64,000 nucleotides of DNA from Enoplolaimus lenunculus (Eukaryota). Location of the stretch: assembly GCA_030248215.1 (NCBI GenBank), contig JASANG010002570.1:124001-188000 (forward strand). Reading direction: 5' to 3'. Both the position numbers and the translations under genes were made by a program. Below the pieces are notes generated by a model. That model saw nothing but the letters and a program-made list of their open reading frames with translations. It did not search any database and was not told the DNA's origin. Shown one piece after another: positions 1-12,735 of this stretch (position 1 is the stretch's first letter; every line of letters begins with the position of its first letter).

Positions 1-60
1 TACAGTATTTTTCACGCGATTCCTAATTACATTTTGCTATAAAATTTGCATAAAAAATTT

Positions 61-205
61 TAAACATTTTAAATTTAAAGTATAATTTTTACACATTTTA
101 AATTTAAAGTATAATTTTTACACATTTTAAATTTAAAGTATAATTTTTACACATTTTAAATTTAAAGTATAATTTTTTACACATTTTAAATTTAAAGTAT
201 AATTT
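61..205. repeat. ~29-bp AT-rich tandem repeat (acattttaaatttaaagtataatttttac), about 5 copies
   Basis: The unit is directly visible five times and ends just before a TTTTCAG acceptor at 203-209. Confidence 0.9.
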
Positions 206-209
206 TCAG

Positions 210-370
210 ATAATGGAAGCTTTATCAAGCGATTCTCACGCAGTCAAGCAACGATTGCACGAAAAACTCGCTGCGGTCTTAACAGCATTTCGCCAGCATA
301 CTCATTAGCGAAGCGTATTACCTGCCAATATAAAGGTTACCTTGCTCAACAGAAGCGTACATTAACATAG
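210..370 (+). CDS. Possible terminal exon of a gene that starts upstream of the window
   Basis: Strong AATTTTCAG acceptor, then open frames: phase 0 IMEALSSDSH...HTH* to 308, or phase 1 to 370. No recognisable motif and the phase is unknown. Confidence 0.25.
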
Positions 371-818
371 CAACGATTTATAACCCTGCCCCTGTTCAAT
401 ATTAATATCCAAGAGCCTAAGCCTGATTTCACCGTGTGCCAATCTGTAGCAAATGCTTATTATCGGAGGAGCAACAATGACGCGAATTTACTGCACAACT
501 TTCCCATCTTACTTTTAGGTCCGTCCCGGTTTGTGGTGGGTCTATAAAAGAGTAGGCTTACATTCTAGACTACATTATTTGCTTAGTCTTAGACTAAGGT
601 TTAGGAATACGATTTTGCAACGCTTAGGCTTAGGCTTTGGCTTAGGAATACGCTTAATCTACTGGTACGGCTCTAAAAGTAACATTGACCGCACAACTGA
701 TGGAAAATCTTAAATTTGAATTATTTTGCTAGCGGTTTACTTCTTTTAAATTTGACTCAACGGCTTACTGAATAATGAATATGATAATATGGTGTTGATT
801 TGATCTTATAATGTTATT

Positions 819-1211
819 GGCTATTGTTAATTATAGAGTCATGTCCACTCTGGGAGACAACGAAAGTGAGCGCGTTAGAGTTCAATGAATTCAGAATTCT
901 GAGTTCTGAAAGGCCTCAATGAATTCAGAATTCTGAGTTCTGAAACGCCTAACACAGGAGTTAGGTCTTTCAGAACTCAGAATTTTGAGTTGATTCATCT
1001 CATTCTGAGTTAGTTAAACCACTCACCCGCAATAAAATAAACTCAGAGTGAGTTAATATTTACTGTTATTAACTTAGAAACAACCAGACAGAACTAATTA
1101 ATCAACTCATTGGCATTTACAGTATAAGCCTTAAGGTTTAGGCTTAGGGTTATTAGGTTTAGGCTTAGGGTTATGCATAACTGATAGGACCTTATATAAT
1201 TAACATGGGCC
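819..1211. mobile_element. Merlin-like MITE variant with degenerate TTAGGC/TTAGGG hexamers and a nested AACTCAG-rich element (~865-1125)
   Basis: Ends are ggctattgttaattata and tataattaacatgggcc. Flanks atgttatt/atgtatat look like an imperfect 8-bp TSD. The interior resembles 25177-25427. Confidence 0.55.
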
Positions 1212-1631
1212 ATGTATATTTGTGATCTCAGTATATCAAGAAATTCCACATATATAAGTCGTTTTTACTTCATTATTTGCATATTTCTTTACATATATAT
1301 GAGTCCAGCTTCAAATGAGAGTGGAGTTCCCAGGGGAGATACGAGATGCCTCCCACAAGCCTTGTCATTCTGAAAATTTTGCGATGCAAATTGTTCATCT
1401 AAAGCTTACGATATGTTTTTCCAATAATCAAAAAGTTGAAAAATATTAGTCGCTTCGAACGCAACTTCAAAACCTTTTCACTTTCAACGCAATGATGCAT
1501 TCTACGGTCGTAAATATTGGTAATTAAAGAGTCCGTCAAAACTTTAAATGGAATATTTACTGTATTTTTATACGTACCAGCAAAACCATATGTATGTAAA
1601 CTTCGAATCATGGTCTATAAACACGCTGTTA

Positions 1632-1843
1632 CACTGCATAAAATGGTGAGTAACGATTGACTCTCTCCGAAATAGGCTCTGCGGGATTACACAAACTGAG
1701 TCAAATTCGACTCCACCAGAGTCAAACGGTGCGACGCAGTGCGTCGAATTTGACTCTGGCGGAGTCGAATTTGACTCGGTTTGTGTAGTCCCGTAGAGCC
1801 TATTTCGGAGAGAGTCAATTTGACTCACCATTTCTGTGCAGTG
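1632..1843. mobile_element. Palindromic CACTG...CAGTG MITE (EnSpm/CACTA-like, 2-bp TA flanks)
   Basis: Near-complete fold-back, ta-CACTGCATAAAATGGTGAG...CTCACCATTTCTGTGCAGTG-ta. Other copies at 55520-55729 and 58255-58469. Confidence 0.8.
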
Positions 1844-2159
1844 TATAATCGTTTTTGTCAAAATTTAAATGCGAATTGTATAAATATAACGACTTTTTAC
1901 GCAAAAACCAAAACGGAACAAAAACAACCATGAAACGCATTCTTAAACTTCACACGCCAACTTAAATTTTTTGGTGAAATCATTTGACCAAAATTCAATT
2001 TCTCAATACCGCAATGAGAGTTGTTGAACAAACCTGTGATTATTTCATTTACCATATACGTATGTACTTTTGTCATTATCTTCACTGACAGATTTTGTAA
2101 AGTAAAACCACATAAAATAGTTTCCACTTTCTGAGCATTCTACAGTTGATAAGTACTCG

Positions 2160-2425
2160 GTCCAATGTTACGTTTAGGGGCGTAACAGTAGATTAAGCGT
2201 ATTCTTAAGCCTAGTCTAAGCCTAAGCGTTGCAAAAATGTGTTCCTAAGCCTAAGCCTAAGCCTAAGCGTTACAAAAACGTGTTCCTAAGCCTAAGCCTA
2301 AAGCCTAAGCGTTACACAGACGTGTTTCTAAGCCTAAGCCTAAGCAAAAAATGTAATCTAGAATCAAAATCTACTCTTTTACAGACCCGCCAGAAACCTG
2401 GACGCTCCTTAAAGTAACATGGGCC
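2160..2425. mobile_element. Merlin-like TTAGGC-carrying MITE, subfamily A2
   Basis: TIR GGCCMATGTTACTTTAAGGGGCG with internal (CCTAAG)n. Other copies at ~510-690, 11786-11951, 17770-17932, 19430-19519, 24955-25043, 53022-53164 and 61840-62026. Confidence 0.8.
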
Positions 2426-2821
2426 AGTAGTACTGGGGTTACAAGAATATTTTACTTGCGCTGTTGCCCGCTCTAAAACAATCAACTGAATTACTCGTGC
2501 TGATTCATCAAGTACTTATCCTTAACGACTTCACTAGGTCCGGTGTAGTTTAATGACACCTTGTTAAATAATCAAATACCATTGTCGAATCAGTAACTGA
2601 AGGCAGGAGGCAAACCTGAAGTGAAAAATACCGGAACCTAAGGTCAACAAAACTTGAAGGTGTCAGGTGTGAAGCCGGAGGTGACGCGAATAGTTGAAGC
2701 AATCTTTAATTTGTTACTTTTAGCAAATATCTGTAAAGTGTTGTCTAGAATTTTGGTGTAAGATTTTTATTTCATAGGAAACCCGACAATTTGTTCTCAA
2801 AATTACATCAAAACTTGTTGC

Positions 2822-3257
2822 CAGGGTACAACCGGAGGTCTGCCTCCGGCTCCGGCAGAAAATCGGCCTCTGGCTCCGGTTCCGGCAGAAAATCGGCCTC
2901 TGGCTCCGGCTCCGGTAGAATTTTTGCCGAAGGTTCCGGCAATTGCGGTAATAAAATTTTTTATAACTTTGCAAAATTTATCTGTTTAGCGCGTTTCGTT
3001 TTACTTTTGTCAGAATTTTCAGGAAACAAATTTCCGAAATTTCGCAGAAAATTAGCGTAAAGCCGAACAACTCAACAACATATTGCAGATATTGACTAAA
3101 ATGAACTAATTAACCATCAATTTTACTACCTAATTTCGCCTGACTTCCGGCTCCGCCAAGTTTCATTGACCTCCGGCTCTGGCAAGTTTCATTGACTTCC
3201 GGCTCCGGCAAGTTTCATTGACCTCCGGCTCCGGTATATTTCACCTCCGGTAACCTG
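2822..3257. mobile_element. hAT-like MITE (TIR CAGGGTRCAACCGGA, CCGGAG-rich subterminal repeats)
   Basis: Perfect 8-bp TSD CTTGTTGC at 2814-2821 and 3258-3265. CAGGG termini with an 8-bp TSD are typical of hAT. Confidence 0.85.
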
Positions 3258-3607
3258 CTTGTTGCCAAATGCGCAAACGAAACAATTTTGATTTCTATCA
3301 GAGCCAGACCTGCGGATGTACCCTGACAGATAGGCATCGGATACTTTTTCATATCTTGCAATTCACCCTCCAAAACATGTGCGGATATCGTTTCCGGATA
3401 TGCGATGTTTAGATTTCCGGACGTACAGTGCGTTTCTATAAAAATTACATTGCACATATCTGACACGCGCCTGTCGGATTTCAAGTAATAAGAATATCAC
3501 CCAATTTTAAACAAGTATATTAGAATGCTCGTCGAATCGATTTGCACAATACCATTGTCCAAGTCGAAGTTGGCTTCAGCAGCGCAGTGGTAGGGTCCTA
3601 TATACGC

Positions 3608-3918
3608 CAGTGTGCAACCAGAGGTGAAAAATACCAGAGTCGGAGGTGAAGTGAAATTATAAGTACGTAAAACATGATACTTAATTCGCTTCTTTAAACT
3701 GTTGTTAAACCTTTTCGTTTCACGCTTATTTTATACAAAATTTCGCCAATTTGTCCATCATAATTGTACCAAAATTTGAAAGAAACCGCACAAAACAAAT
3801 ATTGTAAAATTTTGCGTAATTTCACCACCGAAATTGCCGGAACCTCTAGCAGATATTCTACCGGAAGCAGAGGTCGATTTTCAGTCGGAGCCGGAGGCAG
3901 ATCTGCGGTTGTTTCCTG
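3608..3918. mobile_element. Diverged copy of the hAT-like CCGGAG MITE
   Basis: Ends cagtgtgcaaccagaggtgaaaaata and ctgcggttgtttcctg; colinear with 48373-48723. Confidence 0.7.
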
Positions 3919-4247
3919 ATCTAAGCATAGCTAATACTATCGATAACATGGCCATTTATACTTTAGTTTTCATATTGAGCTCAACATCCGATTTCGGTTT
4001 TTTTTCAACTCTGGTTGCAGCCTGCAACTTATTTTTCACAACAAACAGAAATTAGCACTCGAAAATTTATTTACATCTACGCTCAGCTCATCTATTTGCC
4101 ACATAACAAACAATATATTTTACTTTTAAATGTTTAACACAAAATGGTTTATACTTTCATACGAAACTTGCACAGCTAAGAAACGTTTCAAAATGAACGT
4201 TTGCTGGAGTCATACTTAATTTACGCATAATTAATTTTTTTCTGGTT

Positions 4248-4665
4248 CTATCGTACGCAAATAACTCACGTACGATAACGTACGGTGACGGACAGCGCCA
4301 TACGGATGACGCACGCTGACGAACGGCGCCGTACGGATGACGCACGGTGACGGACGGCGCCGTACAGATGACGCAGAGTGACGGACGGCGCCGTACAGAT
4401 GACGCAGAGTGACGGACGGCGCCGTACAGATGACGCAGAGTGACGGACGGCGCCGTACAGATGACGCAGAGTGACGGACGGCGCCGTACAGATGACGCAG
4501 AGTGACGGACGGCGCCGTACAGATGACGCAGAGTGACGGACGGCGCCGTACAGATGACGCAGAGTGACGGGCGGCGCCGTACAGATGACGCAGAGTGACG
4601 GACGGCGCCGTACAGATGACAAAGAGTGACGGACGGCGCCGGACGTCAAGTATAGCGCCACGCTA
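4248..4665. repeat. 31-bp GC-rich tandem array (gtgacggacggcgccgtacagatgacgcaga, about 10 copies) inside a Harbinger-like MITE remnant
   Basis: Units are contiguous with no spacers. The flanks match the 190-bp element at 29591-29780 (tatcgtacgcaaataactcac; aagtatagcgc end). Confidence 0.85.
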
Positions 4666-4779
4666 ACGGGGCCTGGACGATTGCTTTTATGTGGTAGACT
4701 TGTTGTAATATGCAATTTGAAATTAATTACACCGGGTTTTGGGTTCATATTTTTAGCAAACAGCGAAAATTAATAATTA

Positions 4780-7700
4780 TCATTTGTCCGCGATTCTGTG
4801 TTTGTTTCGTTTGTGACGAAAATAATGTTTCTTATCAACATACCGCACTCCACAAATTTCACACCGATATGGCTTTTCACCTAAATATGAAATAAACAAA
4901 GTAAAAAAATATTTAAAAATAAACATACAAAGTAACGAGATTTAGTGACCGATCAATAACTAACGTTAGTCTTTGCTCTTGTAGACCATTCTTCTGAGTT
5001 GTTTCTTTGGCCAATGTAAAGAACAGGGGCGGAACAGTATTATAAGCATATTCCTAAGCCTAAGCTTAAGGCTAAGCGTACGAATGAGCATATTCCCATG
5101 CCTAAGCCTAAACGTAATAATAAGCATATTCCTAAGCCTAATCCTAAGCCAAGCAAAAATAGTCGAAAGCTTTAGCTTACTCTATTGCAGTCCCACAGAG
5201 AAACGTTCCGCATCTGATCTTTACATGGGCGCTTACTTTTAAGGATTTCGGCTTAGACAAACGATTACGTTTTGGTGTATGTAAGGCTTCTCCTAAACCC
5301 AGCTCTAAGCTTGAGTATGGCGAAACGGTACAAGCGCCGAAATAAAATCTTAATCCAATCTACATTGTGCGCTCAATCCCTTTATGAACGAGCCCTCAAA
5401 TGATCTGTCCACCACATAGCAAACAAATCTGAAATCCAGCCGACCGACATGGCGCAACAACTGCTGTGAACGATAAATTCGACCCACAAATGGCTGAATG
5501 AAGCACCATATTCAAACTAACTGTCAACAGAGGTGTAGCCAGGATATTACTTTGGAAGGAGATAACTATATGTAGATGTTTTTTGACCTCCAGGACCTAT
5601 AAAGGCTTAGTTTAGACTCTGTAAAATTTTCATTCACTGTGTCTGTCGAAATTTCGGAAAGAGCACCTGTATCCCAACCCTCTGTGTACGTATCTGCCAG
5701 TCAAACACGCTCCAAAACATTAACAGTTACCAAACCTTGAACTCTAGCAAGAACTTACCCGTATGTATCTTTTCATGCCGCAACAGATTACTTCGCACTT
5801 TAAATTTCCGATGACAAACACTGCATTCAAACGGCGTTTCGTGTGTATGACAACTGCGAGTATGCTTCAAAAGTGAACTTCGGTCGACTAAATATTAAAA
5901 TTAACCTAGCAAGCAATAAAATACCTCGGCGAGCAAGTACATATTTCCCAATATACACATAAGTATAACACAACCGGTTTGGCAGCTACGAAGGAAACAG
6001 AAAGTTTGCCCACTGAGGACAAAATTGCCTACTCATCGAAAACTATTAAACCTGTTTGTAAATTAACCTTAATCCCGTGTGCCCGACTTGAAAAGTTTTA
6101 TGCCCTGTAACGCTTTCGGATAGCTACAGGCCTGCAAAACAAAAAGTACTATTTTATAAATAACAGAATAAAAGTTTACAGCTACGGTTAAATATAGCCT
6201 AAGCCAAAATTTGGAATGTTCACCCCCACGTTTTCCTCCCCATTTTTCGCCCCGCCGCCTTTCGTCCGTCACCTTTCACTACCACAACCTTCAGCCTGCC
6301 AAAGCTTCTAGATGTGATACTAAATGAAACCTTGATATCTATGCGTGTGGCTTTTTGCTTGTTTCTTCAACTAAAAATTTTTTGCATCAAAACATTTACG
6401 GACGTACAATAGTGAGAAACCCTCACAATCCGGAATTGAAGCGAACTAGAAGCCAAACGTAATTTGAGTATTGCTTTGTTTTACGAAAGTAGAATATTGC
6501 GGGTCAAGGGTTTAGTGTATATCCAACGGAAACCCCAGAATAAGCTTGTTGAGGAAGCAGAAACGGTCGTCACATATTCTTTTGAAGCTTAGCGACTTAT
6601 ATTGCAGTTAAACGTAGAATGTAAACAGCCTCACTGGAGACATTTTTAAAGTGTTCTATGAAATGAATCGCGAAAAATAAAAATTTTCTTTAGCGTCATG
6701 AATGCAGAGTAAGCATATCCAAAAATGTAACTGCTGGACCGGCTATGTTAAATAAAAGTTGCATCAATTCAGCTTGATAAATTGCGTGTATAGCATATGC
6801 AACATTTATAAATCCTTTTAATAATTAACAACATACCTGCACAGTAATCACACTGCGGGCATGCAATTGGCCTTGAAATAACCGAAGGTGCAATATGCTG
6901 TTTCCGGCAATGAATCATAAGTTGAGATTGGCACAAAAATTTGCGTGGACATTTCGAACACTAAAATAACAAAAATACAAAACTAAAAAACCAAAACAAC
7001 TAAGCTATTAATATACAGACGATATCAAAGCTCAAAGCTGTTCCCAACTGATTATATTAAATGATGAGCACGAATACCAGCATAAGGTGCAAGTATAATC
7101 CTTTAAAACTTGCAGTATTGTATTCTATCAAGTAAACATGGTGCACATCGGCGTGCAATCGGATATCCGGCTCGATTCCGGTATTCAACATTTCCGGATA
7201 TTCATCGATCGAAAAGTACTATATTCCTATATCAGTCATAGTTGAACTATTGTATTGAGTGAAGCTCGGATTCACTTACTGACAATATGCTCAAATGCAA
7301 CAATTGGAATAGCTTATTTCCAAGTATAGAAAGTCTTAAGCAACATTAAGTGTTTATCCGAAAACTCTACAAAAGATAATGTTATAGACCGACAAAAACA
7401 ATACTCACAAAAATATAATACACTCTAATGCTATAATGAGATTTACACCCCCGGATAATAAGCTTTCTTACAAAAGAAAGTTTATCAAAATCGTTTCAGC
7501 GGTTCGGGAGAATGTCTTCGGACGGACCGACGAACATCCACTTTTCGACATCCGAATACAAAACACTAAACGCTTCGCGAGCCACTAATCAAAAGCATAC
7601 CTGATTTCAATTGTGGGCTCCGTATTGTTCTTTTCTCATCAAAGTCTCGCTTCGCTCCATCAGTCTATTTTATGAGCAAAATAACAATACGGAGCCCGCT

Positions 7701-10493
7701 GTTGAAACTCGGTACGCTTTTGAATGGCGAACTAATGTTATTGATGAACCCAAAATGGCAAATAATAATTGTACATGTAAATAGAGCTTTTGGGTCGCGA
7801 TATATTTCATAGTACAACACGCCACCGTCATTTACCTTTAAAGCCTTTTGGACCCGTTCACCATCGGGTGTCGTCCCGTGCACACGCATACAATGCATGC
7901 GCAACGCCATTCGTGTTAAACACGAATAATTGCACTGCGTGCATCGTTGTGCAATTATTGCAGTCGCATGCGACGTCATTGTAGGATACTTCGTCGTTGC
8001 AGCTGCAACACCGTCGTGCGACTGAAACTGATGCGATAAAATATCGGATTCTGACAAAAATCTTCGATTACAATGACCACAACAGTATACTGTATACGTT
8101 GTCGATGTTGATTGCTCTGAAAATATTATGCATATAATCAAGGGCGTAGCCAGAGGGGGTGGCGAGTTTCAGGACGTTTCTAAACAAGCGAATTGAAGCA
8201 GCTGCGGATCTCAAACTGTACTACTTACACGTATGGCAAATAATAAAATGCAAAAGTTCAGAATTTTCAAGCACGACATTCACCAGTTTGACCGACCAAA
8301 AAATTTGGCCAATGATGTACGCAAATTACTATGTAAGCTCAATCAAACTTATGACCCAGGATGAACAAATATAATATGTGATGCTTATCACTAATTATGC
8401 AGAACACTGAAATGGAAACAGAAAAAATTCAGGGATAAAGCTTATGAATACTTAAACCTTTTAGTAAATTTAAGCGTAAGCGTAAACATTGGGAAAAGTA
8501 TACAAAAGGCTATGCGTCTAAAATCATTTTCTATCATGCATAGGGTTTAAGAATTATTACTAAACAAATTTAGACGAAAATTTACCTGAAACATCACTTT
8601 TTTCAATCGAAACGGTCGTATTTGTGTCAATTCCAAAAGTGCGACACACTTGACGGGTGTTATTATTATTATTTGCATGTGTATCATCATTCATAGAAAT
8701 CTAAAATACAAAATTTAAAATAGTCATGCGGAGTGGACTGGTCCCGAAATTCTCAACCGTCCGGTCCGTTTAAAGTAGCGGTCCGCTCAAAGCCAGTACA
8801 TGATCGCACCGTTTGTCCGGTATGATGGTATGTAGCAGATGGCGGCTTATAAATATACTATTTAAAATTTAACTGCACTGGCTTCCATAGTTAAAAGATC
8901 ACAAATTTGAACACGAAACAACAAATTGGTTAAAACGGTATTTACACGCTTTCTGACAAATTACAAGCGATTTCCTTTCTCAAAAAGTTTAGGATCACGG
9001 ATCAAAGCAGTAAATCTGTAATTGTTAAGCAGTTAAGGGATTGATGAGAGTGTTCATCGACCCAGTCCGGATCGTCCAGTATTTGCGGTCCGGTCCACAT
9101 CCATAGTTTCAAATAAGAATGATAGACAGCCAACTTTATGCATGAAATACCAAGACAATCGCCAGAATACAAAATACATTGAAAAACGGCGATTAACGCC
9201 TTCACATGCGCCAGAACATTCGCAAGGCTAGCAGCAATCTAGAGCCCATATTTTCAAAAGTATAAGTACGTTGGCAAATACGTCCTGTAACTTTAGAATA
9301 TAGCAATAATAGGATTTGAATTTAGCCCATTTACTGCATTGAATCTGAAATGCTGTTAGTTGTATGGGATTGTGGGATTTACGGTATCACGACAATTCGG
9401 CCCGACAACTCGTAATCCGACTTTACATCGCCTACCAGTAGGTACGACAACTCGTCGTCTCGACAAACTTGTCGCTCACTGGTAGGTGCAACCACTCGCC
9501 GACCAAACTTGTCACCTGCCGCTAGGTACGACAACTGGTCGACCCGACAACTTGTCTTCTCGTATAAAATTCAGATCTTTTGATAGATTATATGATATGT
9601 ATTACGTTCGTTCCCACCGTCGCGCACAAGTTGTTTGTACCACACAATAGCTTTTGCTGTTTAAGTAGTGTATGACCTATCGGACTGAATAGATGCTGTG
9701 CCGGGTCGTCAAGATGTCGGGCGGGGTTGGCGAAATATCGTACAAGTGGTCGGGTTTGCCAAAATATCGAGGCCACAGTTGTCGGGATCTGGAGATATCG
9801 GGCGACAAGTTGTCGGTGTCGATGATATGTCCAGCGACAAAATGTCGCACAACAAGCTGTCGGGCGACGAATTATCGTACATTGGGAATTCACAAACTAC
9901 CTGTCGCAGTTGTCTTGTTTCTTTCTGGATTTATCACTTAATAGCTTTATGTGCAATACACAGTCGAAAATACGGTTACAGCTCTTAGTACAACATTCCA
10001 ATGCACATCCATACAGTTTGGCAGCTATCAATGCAAAATATTTCAACGGCGGTTCAAGCTCTAGCAATTTCACACCACTAATATTCAGAAAAAACGCTCA
10101 AAATAAATAACAAATATTCCGTTCAAATACACTTACCTGCGACGCCTTCTTATCACTAAGCAAAGGATCACTTTTCCCATCAGCAGACGCGTCCATATCC
10201 GCTCTCGAAACATCCATACTCGGTTCCTGGCTTTTCAGTTTGTCCAATTCAACGATAAAATTTTTCGTGCATCCCTCCGTCTGCATCTTATCATTTAAGC
10301 AATCATCCTGGCCTTGTTTTACGCGAACCACAACAGGAGGTCGCACACACATTCGGCTGTTCGTAACATGTGCTTGCAGTACAGAATCGAACAGTGCATC
10401 TTTAACATCTTGAATATTGTGAACAATCATAGATTTACGTTGATCGGTGCTTGTGTTGTTTTCTAACACTCCAGCGACCATGTCACGCGACAT
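4780..10493 (-). CDS. C2H2 zinc-finger protein with six fingers, about 368 aa
   Basis: Exons 10493-10137, 8700-8586, 8116-7836, 6960-6837, 5887-5759 and 4880-4780, all GT-AG and phase-consistent. Fingers begin CGHC, CTQC, CSKC, CPQC, CSVC and CEIC; the canonical HTGEKPY linker spans the last intron. The start codon is less certain. Confidence 0.88.
5009..5231. mobile_element. Merlin-like TTAGGC-carrying MITE, subfamily A1 (intronic)
   Basis: TIR GGCCAATGTAAAGAACAGGGGCGGAAC ... GTTCCGCATCTGATCTTTACATGGGC with internal CCTAAG arrays. Confidence 0.85.
9383..9882. mobile_element. Fold-back MITE with CGACAA-rich subterminal repeats (superfamily uncertain, possibly Mutator-like)
   Basis: Ends cacgacaattcggcccgacaac and gctgtcgggcgacgaattatcgtac; flanks gggatttac/gggaattcac are similar. 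Confidence 0.6.
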
Positions 10494-10859
10494 TTTGCAA
10501 ATAATGCCAAATTGGCTTGCTTATCAAACGAAGTTTACCATATTAATAAATCCAAACTTTGCTAAACCCAATTTCATTTTATCCATTACATCATTAAACT
10601 AACTGAACGACAGATACCATGGAATAAACGTATAGCAAAATCGAAAATAGTGACCAAAATAACGGACTTGGAAACAGGTATAATAATAATAATAAATTAT
10701 AACTGTTCTATGCGAACAGCATACACCATGAAAATTGGTTGAACTGGTTTCAATCGAACAATTTTAGCATTAACCACCGCACACCCAGCTCAATCTTAAA
10801 CTATTAACTGCCGTCTTGAAACTGCTTTCAGATATGTATTGCGAATTGCAAGACTAATC

Positions 10860-11002
10860 GGCCCATGTACAGAACAGGGCCGGAACGTTTTCCGGCGGGA
10901 CTGTAACAGAGTAAGCTTAAGCTTAGGCTTAGGTATATGCTCAACGCTTAGGCTTAGAAGTATGCTTATACTACTGTTCCGGCCCTGTTTAATACATTGG
11001 CC
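10860..11002. mobile_element. Merlin-like TTAGGC-carrying MITE (A1)
   Basis: GGCC termini and a perfect 8-bp TSD GACTAATC at 10852-10859 and 11003-11010. Confidence 0.88.
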
Positions 11003-12735
11003 GACTAATCTATATTGACATAACAAAAAAAATCAAGCCCGCTTCAATATAATTTCACGAAAATTCTGGCAATAATTCAGCTCAACTTTTTAGTGCTATT
11101 TCTAAAATCTTAGCTGCCAATAATGACTGCGGAAGCCTCTTGCGAACACTGCACCATAATGTTATTGGCCTTTGTATAGAACAGGATCAAGACAGTAATA
11201 TAAGCATAGTCCTTACCGTTATGGATGAGCCCATACCTAGGCCTAAGGGGAAAATTAGTCTAAAAGCATAAGGCGGACTGGAACACAATTTTCAACAGTG
11301 CAGTCCGCTCAATGCTAGTCCGACCCAGGGCTGAACCAGTTCGGTCCGACGCAACACATATGCATCAGACGATGGCTGATAAAAATAGATGTTGGTCAAT
11401 CTTTTACTGCGATGGTTCCCATGGTTTAAAAGCTAAAATGTTGTGATCGAAAAATTGGTAAAAATGGTATTTACGTTTTTAAGAAATTTTGCTCGAGCTC
11501 CGCTTTGAATAAATGTAGGGTCTTGGAAACCCGTAAAATTGCAATCGTTCTGTAAAGTGTCCTCCACTGGCTGACTGGTTCGGTCCAGACCGCAAGCCAT
11601 CCCGCGCAGCGGAATGTGGTCCGATTCATAGCCGCAACACAAATTGTAATCCAAAATTTCCTCTATTGGACAATTAACAGCACTTAAATTTATTAACAGG
11701 CTTAAGGAAACAGTTGAGTGACAAGTTTTCGGGCGTCGAAGTGTTGCAGATTCGACTCATATACAACCGAGAAGATAGCTACGACGGTCAATATTACTTT
11801 AAGGGGCGTAACCGTAAAAGCGTATTTCTAAGCCTAATCCTAAGCGTTGAAAAATGTATTGCTAAGCCTAAGCAAAAAATGTAATCTAGTATCTAAACCT
11901 ACTTTTATGAATCCACCAGATTCCTGGACGCCCCTTGAAGTAACATGGGCCCCTACGATAATGGTTTAAACTGAAGCGCTCATACGATAAACAACTCAGG
12001 CCAATCGCAAAGAAAACAAAATTTATTAAACAATAATTTAAAATACAAACTTCAACAATAATCACTTCAAAACTAACGAGTCAAGCGCGGCCATGAACAT
12101 CGACAGCTTTAAGTGAGATCCTTAACACGATAAACTGGCTAAAGTATAAAACTAGTCTGAGAACTAAAACTCACCTGAGTAATGAACCGCAATAGAAAGA
12201 CTTGCGCGAAGCCATTGTTTGGCTCAGTAAAATATAGCACAACCCTTATGACTCATCAGCAAATATTTTCGAAGAGTTAATTACATTCATGAAAGTGTGT
12301 TTCCTAGCGGGGCGTCTAATATACATTGTTAGCAAAATGTGTCCATCGGAGGATGCGCTAAAAGCACACCATGTCTACAAATGTGTTGCCTTATAAATAG
12401 CGACAGTCTCTACCAGTTTTCGCAGTATTCTTTAATGATTTGAGGTCTAGTTTCACGCTAGGACTCGGACCCCGAACACTCGGCCGAAGGGTAACTACCG
12501 CATCACACAGCTATAAGCTTGCTTGACGCTAGGCTAGAGCTTGAGGGACTCTCAAGTCTTGTAAAGATATTGAACTAATGCGTGTTATTTCGCGTACACA
12601 GTTTGCACTGAATTTTTCACAGTATGCTAAATGTTGACAGGATTTAAAGAATTTGAGTCAAAACAGAAACATGTTACAAAATAATATTCTAAACATAAAC
12701 TAGACATCCATAAATAGTAACTAAAACTTCGTACA

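Noticed and set aside
4266..4748. 31-bp repeats as a CRISPR array, or the 160-aa repetitive ORF as a gene
   Set aside because: The units are contiguous with no unique spacers, no cas genes are present and the context is eukaryotic. The ORF is just a stop-free reading of the array.
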